Source of the DNA: Acidimicrobiia bacterium
Lineage (GTDB): Bacteria; Actinomycetota; Acidimicrobiia; Spongiisociales; Spongiisociaceae
Assembly (NCBI GenBank): GCA_041576165.1
Contig: JBFGLM010000003.1
Coordinates: 64,001 to 128,000, forward strand
Reading direction: 5' to 3'
DNA: 64,000 nucleotides
Below, piece after piece: positions 57,329 to 64,000 of this stretch. The position numbers and the translations under genes are program-made. Numbering within the stretch: the stretch's first letter is position 1; each line of letters starts with the position of its first letter. A model generated the notes under the pieces. The model saw only the letters and a program-made list of their open reading frames with translations, was not told where the DNA came from and did not search any database.

Positions 57329-57715
57329 ATGGCTGAGCTGATCATGTTCGACGAGCAGGAGCAGGTGGAGCGTGGCGACGGGATCACCAGCGTCCGCCTG
57401 ACGCCTCATCCGCTGGAGGAGCAAGGTTTCACAGTGGGTGTGACCACCTTTCCGCCGGGCACCAGCATCCGGCTCCACAGCCACAACTGCATCGAGCAAG
57501 TAACGATGCTGGAAGGTGAGGGCATCGTCGTGCTCAATGGTGTGGAGCGAGAAGTCAAGCCGTACGACACCACGCAGGTACCGGCCGGCGACTTCCACCG
57601 CTTCATCAATCGGGGCGCCGGTCAGATGCGCATCCTCTGGGTTTACGGTGCGATAGATGTGACCCGCACCTTCGCCGACACGGGCGAGACCGTTCCGCAG
57701 TTCCACCGACCATGA
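57329..57715 (+). CDS. Cupin-domain protein
   Basis: LHSHNCIEQ...PAGDFHRF motif; AGGAGG RBS. Confidence 0.85.
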   Translation: MAELIMFDEQEQVERGDGITSVRLTPHPLEEQGFTVGVTTFPPGTSIRLHSHNCIEQVTMLEGEGIVVLNGVEREVKPYDTTQVPAGDFHRFINRGAGQMRILWVYGAIDVTRTFADTGETVPQFHRP

Positions 57716-58758
57716 GCCGCTATCCCGTTTCCCGCCTGCACACCTTCATCCAGGACGTGCTCGTGGCCCAGGACGTCCTGCCGGAACACGCCGAGATAAC
57801 TGCCACTCGAATGCTCGACGCCGATCTACGCGGCCGAAGCGGCCACGGCATCATCCGGCTACCTCTCTACACCTCGCGCATTCGGGGCGGAGGTACCAAC
57901 TTGCGGCCGGACATACGACTGGTGAGAGAAACCCCGGTCAGCGGCCTGGTCGATGGAGATGACGGGCTGGGGCACCCGATTCTCGAGTTCGCCTCGGATA
58001 CGGCGATTGCCAAAGCGTCCGAGGCCGGCATGGCGTGGGTGGGAACCCGCAACTCGAATCACGCCGGCGCCGCCGGGGTCTGGGTGAACAAGGTTGTGAA
58101 AGAAGGCTTGATCGGTATCTACATGGCCGTCGCCAACGCCAACGGGATGCCGCCGTGGGGCGGACGGGAGCGGCTGCTCGGTACGAATCCGATCGCGATC
58201 GGTATCCCGACCAAGAACCGTCCCGCGTTTCAGCTCGACATCGCGACCACCGTCGTGTCGCACGGCACTATCAAAGTCGCGGCTCAGGCGGGCGAGCAGA
58301 TGCCGGAGGGGTGGGTGGTTGACTTCGAGGGGAACCCGATCACCGACCCCGACAAGGCCCACGAAGGCTTTCTCTTGCCGATTGGCGGGTACAAGGGCTC
58401 GGGGCTCAACATCGTGATCGGCCTGCTCGCCGGCGCCATGAACGGAGCCGCCTTCGGCCGCGATGTGATCGATTTCCGGGCCGAAGTCGGCCGTAACACG
58501 AATACCGGCCAGGCCCTGTTCGTCATGCGGCCCGACCTGTTTGGCGACGAGGACGACGTGCTCGGGCGCTTTGACCTTTCGCTCGACGAGTTGCAGGACT
58601 CCGAGTCAGTGACCGGGGAGCCGATTCGCCTTCCCGGCGCCCAAGCCGAAGTGACCGAAAGCGAGGTGCGGGCCACCGGAGTAGAGGTTCCCGTGGCGCT
58701 CCTGGCCCAGCTCCGGGAGCTGGCCGACGAGTTCGGGGTGGAGGATCGGTTGGAGTGA
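57712..58758 (+). CDS. Ldh_2-family dehydrogenase (malate/L-lactate/ureidoglycolate dehydrogenase-like)
   Basis: ADLRGRSGHG, NSNHAG, GTNPIA and GGYKGSGL motifs. Confidence 0.88.
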   Translation: MSRYPVSRLHTFIQDVLVAQDVLPEHAEITATRMLDADLRGRSGHGIIRLPLYTSRIRGGGTNLRPDIRLVRETPVSGLVDGDDGLGHPILEFASDTAIAKASEAGMAWVGTRNSNHAGAAGVWVNKVVKEGLIGIYMAVANANGMPPWGGRERLLGTNPIAIGIPTKNRPAFQLDIATTVVSHGTIKVAAQAGEQMPEGWVVDFEGNPITDPDKAHEGFLLPIGGYKGSGLNIVIGLLAGAMNGAAFGRDVIDFRAEVGRNTNTGQALFVMRPDLFGDEDDVLGRFDLSLDELQDSESVTGEPIRLPGAQAEVTESEVRATGVEVPVALLAQLRELADEFGVEDRLE

Positions 58759-59792
58759 AGTTTCGGACCGCCGAGGAGCTGCTGGCGGCGGGGCGCAATG
58801 CCTTGCCGGCCGTTCTCGCGGATCACATCGCGGCGGGCGCGGGTGACGAGAGCACCGTGGCGGCCAATCGGGCAGCGCTCGGGCGGGTTGGTCTGGTCCC
58901 GTCCGTGGCGACGGGGGTGGGACAGGCGTCATCGGCTACCGACCTATTGGGCGTTCCGCTGGCGGTGCCCGTGCTGACCGCGCCGATGGGCCCGGTAGAG
59001 CTGATCGACCCCGGCGGGGCGGTGTCGGTCGCGCGAGGCGCAGCGGCGGCCGGCATCGCGACGATCGCGGCGCTCACGTCGGCTCCGGTCCTCGAGGAGG
59101 TAGCCAAGGTCGAGTGCCCCCTGCTGTTCCAGCTCTATTGGTGGGGGAACCGGGACTGGATCTCCCGCATGATCGAGCGGATCGAAGCCGCCGGCGCCGC
59201 GGCCGTGGTCATCACCGTGGACGCACCCGCCTACGGCACCCGGCGGCGCGACATGGAGAACAGTTTCGACCACCACGGCCAGATGGTCATGCCGAATCTG
59301 GCCGGCGCGCCCGCCGAGCGGGCGGAACGGCTGGCCCACCAGGCCGCATTCCATTGGGACGATCTCGAGTGGCTGTGCTCGAGAACCCGTTTGCCGACCG
59401 TGGTCAAAGGGATTCTGTCGGCCCGCGATGCCCGCAGCGCAGTCGAAGTTGGTGCGGCTGCGATATACGTTTCGAATCACGGTGGACGCGCCCTGGCCGG
59501 TCAGGTCGGCACGGCCGACGCACTGGAGGACGTAGCGGAAGCCATCGGCGCGATGGTGCCGATCATCGTCGACGGAGGCTTCAGGACGGCGGAAGACGTC
59601 GCCAAGGGGCTTGCGCTGGGGGCGACCGCCGTGGCGCTCGGGCGGCCGGTGGCGTGGGCGCTCGCCGCCGGCGGCGCTGACGGCGTCGGCGAGTTCGTGA
59701 ACCTGATCGGGGAGGACCTCCGCACGGCTCTCACCATTCTGGGCGCTCGCACGCCCGTCGCACTGAGTCATCGACACGTTCGCGCAATCTGA
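58755..59792 (+). CDS. FMN-dependent alpha-hydroxy acid oxidase/dehydrogenase
   Basis: FQLY, TVDAP, VKGI, SNHGGR, DGGFR and GRP motifs. Confidence 0.88.
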   Translation: MKFRTAEELLAAGRNALPAVLADHIAAGAGDESTVAANRAALGRVGLVPSVATGVGQASSATDLLGVPLAVPVLTAPMGPVELIDPGGAVSVARGAAAAGIATIAALTSAPVLEEVAKVECPLLFQLYWWGNRDWISRMIERIEAAGAAAVVITVDAPAYGTRRRDMENSFDHHGQMVMPNLAGAPAERAERLAHQAAFHWDDLEWLCSRTRLPTVVKGILSARDARSAVEVGAAAIYVSNHGGRALAGQVGTADALEDVAEAIGAMVPIIVDGGFRTAEDVAKGLALGATAVALGRPVAWALAAGGADGVGEFVNLIGEDLRTALTILGARTPVALSHRHVRAI

Positions 59793-59799
59793 GGAGGCA

Positions 59800-60462
59800 A
59801 TGATGCCCATAATCGATTTGACGGCAGAGCTGAGCGAGAACACCTACAGCCCGCCATCGGTCAACGTGCCGCTGGGCGTCACGGTATACACCAAGGAACC
59901 GGACTGGATTGCGACCAAAGTCGACATGATGTTGCACGCCGGTTCGCACGTGGACTTCTCCAGGCACTACCGGGCCGACGGCGAATGCGCCGAGGACGTG
60001 GAACTCGATCGGGTGTGCGGACCGGCCATCGTGGTGGACGTGAGCGACATCGAGCCGGATTCGCCCATCACACCGGAACTCCTGCGCGAGCGGTCACCCG
60101 AGTTCGAGCGCGGCGATATCATCCTGGTCCGCACCGGCTGGTCCGATGTGGCCTGGGGTGATTTTCCCCGCTACTACGTCGAGTCGCCGTGGTGCGAACC
60201 GGCCGCTGCCGAGTGGTTGGTGTCACACCGACCTAAGGCGGTCGGATTCGATTGCTTCAGTGAACAGGCGGCGCGCTGGTCGGACTACAACGCAGAGGAT
60301 TTCCACATCCATCGCATCATCGGAGACTCCGGCGCCATCCTCATGCAGCAACTGACGCGTCTCGATCAGCTGCCCATCGGCGAACGCGTCCAGTTCTACG
60401 CCCCGTTCCTGGCGGTCCGTGGGGCGGAAGGGGCCCCGGCCCGCTTCTTCGCGGTCATCTGA
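59800..60462 (+). CDS. Cyclase-family protein (second paralog)
   Basis: HAGSHVD, GDIILVRTGW and EGAPARF motifs. Confidence 0.85.
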   Translation: MMPIIDLTAELSENTYSPPSVNVPLGVTVYTKEPDWIATKVDMMLHAGSHVDFSRHYRADGECAEDVELDRVCGPAIVVDVSDIEPDSPITPELLRERSPEFERGDIILVRTGWSDVAWGDFPRYYVESPWCEPAAAEWLVSHRPKAVGFDCFSEQAARWSDYNAEDFHIHRIIGDSGAILMQQLTRLDQLPIGERVQFYAPFLAVRGAEGAPARFFAVI

Positions 60463-60485
60463 GCCGAGCAGCACCAGCTGCGGGT

Positions 60486-60773
60486 TCAGGCACCAAACTC
60501 CTCGATCAGGATCGCCCAGCCCTCGGAGTTCTCCGTCCGCAAGGGCAAGATCTCCTGGTACTCAGGCGAGTAGTACCACGCGTCGAAATCGTCGCGTGAC
60601 TCGAACTCCAAGACGACCGTCCGGTTGCGAGGTTCACCCTCGATCACCTCTCCCGGACCTGCCAGCACGCGACGGCACAGGCCCTCCTGAGTTGCGCCAA
60701 CCAGCTTTGGGTATTCTGCGTATCCGTCCGGGTTGGTGACCGAGTAGTTCGTCACGAAGTACCACTTGCCCAT
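60486..60773 (-). CDS. DUF1330-domain protein
   Basis: VVLEFES...AWYYSPEYQEILPLR motif. Confidence 0.85.
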   Translation of the reverse strand: MGKWYFVTNYSVTNPDGYAEYPKLVGATQEGLCRRVLAGPGEVIEGEPRNRTVVLEFESRDDFDAWYYSPEYQEILPLRTENSEGWAILIEEFGA

Positions 60774-60776
60774 CGC

Positions 60777-61865
60777 TCACGCCTCCAGACTCGACTCATC
60801 GACCATCACTCCGAGGCCCGGTGCAGTCGGGACCATCCACCCGCCTTGCTCCGGCCAGCGCGGTTCGGTGACGACATCATCCGCCAGGCCCTGGTTGGCC
60901 GGGCTGGCGCCGTAGTGAATGCGGTGCATGGCGGCCGCGCAATGCACGTTTGCCATCGCCGCCACGCTCGACTCGGCGATCTTGCCCGCCAAGTTGATGT
61001 GTAGCCCGAGCAGATCGCACAGGGTCGCACCCCGCATCACTCCGGTGATCCCTCCCAGCTTCACGAGTTTGAGACTGACTCCGGCCACCCCGGTGCCGCC
61101 GAAGGCCATCACGTCGCCGAACGTGTGGACGCTCTGGTCGGCGCAGATCGGGATCGGCGAGCGCTGCGCCACTCGCACCATCGCAGCGTGATCACCCTGC
61201 GGGATGGGCTGTTCGATGAAGCGAATCGGCAGTCCGGCGAGGCGATCCAAAAACGCCACGGCCTGGGGCTCGGACCATCCCTGGTTGGCGTCGCCACAGA
61301 TCACGGTGTCGTCGGGCAAGGCGTCCGTGATCGCCCGCACCTCTTCGAACTCTGTGTCAGTGTCGGCGATGCCGAGCTTGATCTTGAACCAGCGAAACCC
61401 GGCGTCGTACTTGGCACGGGCGGCCTCGGCATCCGCGCTGGGATTGCCGCTGCCCACCATCGTCAGCGCCGGAACGAACTCGCGGTTCGCTCCTCCGATC
61501 AGTTCGGACACCGGCACCCCGTAGTGGTGTCCGGCGAGGTCGTGCAGCGCGATGTCGATTGCGCCGATCGCGGTGTGGTTGCCGTAGATCATCTTCTGCA
61601 TTGCGAACCACAGTTCGGTTCGTCGGAGCGGGTCCTCGCCGACGATTCGCGGGCCGAGAAAATCGAGCGCGTCGCGAATGCGGTTCTGCGTTTCACCGGT
61701 GAGGTCGGTGGCTTCCACGCCTTCGCCCCAGCCGACCGTGCCGTCGTCCGCTGTGACCTTGACCAGCACATTGTTCGATTGCTCGATCGTGATGTGCGCC
61801 ATCTTTATCGGCTTGGCCAGGGGCACGGCGATGGGAAATGTGTCGACGGTTGCGATCTTCATCAT
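60777..61865 (-). CDS. Mandelate racemase/muconate lactonizing enzyme family protein
   Basis: GWGE, FKIKLG, DANQ, EQP, ADQS and PGLGV motifs. Confidence 0.88.
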   Translation of the reverse strand: MMKIATVDTFPIAVPLAKPIKMAHITIEQSNNVLVKVTADDGTVGWGEGVEATDLTGETQNRIRDALDFLGPRIVGEDPLRRTELWFAMQKMIYGNHTAIGAIDIALHDLAGHHYGVPVSELIGGANREFVPALTMVGSGNPSADAEAARAKYDAGFRWFKIKLGIADTDTEFEEVRAITDALPDDTVICGDANQGWSEPQAVAFLDRLAGLPIRFIEQPIPQGDHAAMVRVAQRSPIPICADQSVHTFGDVMAFGGTGVAGVSLKLVKLGGITGVMRGATLCDLLGLHINLAGKIAESSVAAMANVHCAAAMHRIHYGASPANQGLADDVVTEPRWPEQGGWMVPTAPGLGVMVDESSLEA

Positions 61866-61891
61866 TGTCCTCCGGATTGGGCGGGCCAACC

Positions 61892-61907
61892 GATCCTATA
61901 GGATGCA
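61892..61907. promoter_or_regulatory. Putative GntR operator in a divergent promoter
   Basis: GATCCTATAGGATGCA, whose reverse complement is TGCATCCTATAGGATC. Confidence 0.65.
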
Positions 61908-61936
61908 GGACTTGGGCTCCGAGAGGAAGAGGCGAC

Positions 61937-62827
61937 GTGAAACTGGTCACGTTCATCACCGACGATGCTGCCTCGGCGGCCATCGGCATCCTTCATGACG
62001 ATGGTTCGATCACCGATCTAGCCACAGATCCGACGCTGCCGACAACGATGGTTGACTTCGTTGCGCTGGGTCAAAAAGGCCTTGATGCCACCGGCGCGGT
62101 AGTGGCCTCCGGTTCCGTCATCCCGGCCCGCCGGGTGAAGCTGCTCGCCCCGATCCGGCCCCGCAACAACATCATGGCGGTCGGCCGCAACTACCGCGAC
62201 CACGCGCAGGAGTTCACCGAGAGCGGCTTCGACGCGTCAGAAGTGAAGATGATTCCCGACTTCCCGATCATCTTCACCAAGGCCACGACCAGCATCGTCG
62301 GCCCCGGCGAACCGATCGATATCTCCAACGACCCGCTCAACAGGAGCGACTACGAGGGGGAACTCGGAGTGATCATCGGTCCGGGAGGTAAGCGTATTTC
62401 ACGCGATGAAGCGTGGAACTACGTCTACGGTTACACCGTCATCAACGACGTGACCGCCCGTGAACTGCAAAAGCGGCACGTGCAGTTCTTCATCGGCAAG
62501 AGCCCAGAGACCTATTGCCCGATGGGGCCGTGCATTGTGACCCGCGACGAGATTCCCGACATCACCGCCGCGCGTCTGCGCACTCTGGTCAACGGAGAGT
62601 TGCGCCAGGACGCGCAGATATCGCAATTGATCTTCGACATCCCGCGGCTGATCGAGACGCTCTCGGATGGGATACGGCTCGAGCCGGGTGACATCATCGC
62701 CACCGGCACGCCGGTCGGTACCGGCATGGGACTCGACCCTCCCGTGTATCTCGAGGACGGCGATGTGATCGAGGTCAGCGTGGACGGCATCGGTACGCTG
62801 CGTAACCCTGTCGTGGTCGGAACCTGA
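61937..62827 (+). CDS. Fumarylacetoacetate hydrolase-family protein
   Basis: GRNYRDH, DYEGEL, NDVTAR and GDIIATGTP; GTG start at 61937. Confidence 0.9.
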   Translation: MKLVTFITDDAASAAIGILHDDGSITDLATDPTLPTTMVDFVALGQKGLDATGAVVASGSVIPARRVKLLAPIRPRNNIMAVGRNYRDHAQEFTESGFDASEVKMIPDFPIIFTKATTSIVGPGEPIDISNDPLNRSDYEGELGVIIGPGGKRISRDEAWNYVYGYTVINDVTARELQKRHVQFFIGKSPETYCPMGPCIVTRDEIPDITAARLRTLVNGELRQDAQISQLIFDIPRLIETLSDGIRLEPGDIIATGTPVGTGMGLDPPVYLEDGDVIEVSVDGIGTLRNPVVVGT

Positions 62828-62838
62828 CCCCGGTTGCA

Positions 62839-63423
62839 TCATGCGGTGGCGATTGCGGTCTCCCGGCCCGCCACCTTCCATTGAGCGGTGACCGATGTGC
62901 CGGCATCCCGGAAGAGGTTCATGACCGGGCAGCGGGTCTCGACGTTGCGGGCCAGCTGGCGGACCCGATCATCCGATTCGTCGGTGTGGATGACGATCTC
63001 GACATCGATGTGCTCGAAGTACGGGCGCACGCCGGCAACCCCCCGCGGGCCGCGCAAGTCGAAGATTCCGCCGGCGTTGAAGTCGACCCCCTCGTACTCG
63101 AAGCCCATAGCCGCGGCCACGCCATGCAGAATTGCGCCTTCACAACCCACCAACGACGCCAGGAGATTCTCGAAGGGAGTAGGAGCAGTGTTGGTGCCTC
63201 CCGATGTGGCCGGCTCGTCCGTCGCCACGACGTCGAAGTCCCGAATCTTGACTTCGGTCCGGGTGCCGCCGAAGTTCACTCCGACCACGTCCCGAAACGT
63301 CTGCTTACGGGTCGTCGGGTCGATGGTGGGTTCGATGATATCGGCGGCATCAAAGGTGCGTTTCCAGGACGGGTGAAAATCGCTGGTCGTGTCGACTTTT
63401 GGGGCATTGACTGAATCCTGCAT
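62839..63423 (-). CDS. OsmC-family protein
   Basis: DEP...GG...PTP...LVGC and ETRCPV two-Cys motifs; the start is uncertain. Confidence 0.8.
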   Translation of the reverse strand: MQDSVNAPKVDTTSDFHPSWKRTFDAADIIEPTIDPTTRKQTFRDVVGVNFGGTRTEVKIRDFDVVATDEPATSGGTNTAPTPFENLLASLVGCEGAILHGVAAAMGFEYEGVDFNAGGIFDLRGPRGVAGVRPYFEHIDVEIVIHTDESDDRVRQLARNVETRCPVMNLFRDAGTSVTAQWKVAGRETAIATA

Positions 63424-63480
63424 GATGCAAAGTGTACGGCAATCAGGCGGCGCCCAGCCGGACGCCCTACGATTCGGCCG

Positions 63481-64000
63481 GTGATCGTGGAAGTCGTTGC
63501 AGTCGGTACCGAACTCCTCATCGGCCAGATCGTCAACTCGAACGTGGCGACCATCGGCCGCCGGCTGGCCGATGCCGGTTTCGACGCCCATTTCCAGACG
63601 ACGGTCGGCGACAACCTCGAGCGGCTGACGGACGCTATTCGCCTCGCAGCCCGCCGGGCCGACGCCGTGATCCTCACCGGCGGGATCGGCCCCACGCAGG
63701 ACGACCTCACCCGGGAGGCGATCTGTGCGTTTGCCGGCAGGAAGATGGCCCGTGACTCCGAGCATGCGGACGCCATCCGCCGCCGCATCATGGCTACCCG
63801 CGGGTCCGTCAGCGAGAACGTCCTCCGCATGGCCGACTACCCGGAGGGCTCGACACCCCTGCTGAATGCAAAGGGTGTTGCCCTCGGGGTTGCGCTCGAG
63901 CACGACGGGAGTTGGGTGTTCGCGCTGCCGGGCGTGCCCCGGGAGATGGAGACCATGCTCGACGAACAAGTGATGCCGCGGCTGCGGGCCGCCTCCGGCG
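63481..64000 (+). CDS. cinA: Competence/damage-inducible protein CinA, partial
   Basis: Manual translation VIVEVVAVGTELLIGQIVNSN...VGDN...TGGIGPTQDDLTRE...LPGVPREM; runs off the window end. Confidence 0.88.
   Translation, partial: MIVEVVAVGTELLIGQIVNSNVATIGRRLADAGFDAHFQTTVGDNLERLTDAIRLAARRADAVILTGGIGPTQDDLTREAICAFAGRKMARDSEHADAIRRRIMATRGSVSENVLRMADYPEGSTPLLNAKGVALGVALEHDGSWVFALPGVPREMETMLDEQVMPRLRAASG

Noticed and set aside
1-64000. CRISPR arrays, tRNA/rRNA genes, IS elements, integrases or phage genes
   Set aside because: No spaced direct repeats, RNA-gene signatures, or transposase/integrase motifs were seen by eye.

Overview
This is a high-GC, gene-dense window, probably from an actinobacterium. 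That placement is inferred from Thr-rich lipoprotein solute-binding proteins, a mycothiol-dependent MDMPI-family gene and an Rv0079-like HPF gene. Almost all of it is one large catabolic island with no recognisable tRNA, rRNA, CRISPR array or mobile element. The left half (about 3-34 kb) encodes a CocE/NonD hydrolase, an XRE-cupin regulator, a molybdenum hydroxylase operon ordered M-L1-S-L2 plus a third orphan large subunit, a Liv-type and a BMP (nucleoside)-type ABC importer, an OYE flavoenzyme, an isochorismatase-family amidase, a Rieske oxygenase with a Cys-to-Ser ligand change, cupins, a C-N hydrolase and a cyclase. Three separate genes (11.9, 23.0 and 36.2 kb) each encode a single-chain, three-domain Rid (YjgF/RidA) protein. 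The right half (about 37-63 kb) is a set of operons sharing a palindrome, TGCATCnTATAnGATC, probably bound by the local GntR. It includes two M24 metallohydrolases, a DRE-TIM enzyme, a compact PEP-dikinase-like protein, a Ser-less alpha/beta hydrolase, a cyclic amidohydrolase, an ACMSD-like enzyme, PhyH and several dehydrogenases. It also hides a selenoprotein (UxxC redoxin fused to a DsbD-N domain, with an in-frame TGA and a SECIS-like hairpin) that the ORF track splits in two. The island most likely degrades N-heterocycles (pyridine, purine or pyrimidine derivatives, or modified nucleosides), but the substrate cannot be read from the sequence.
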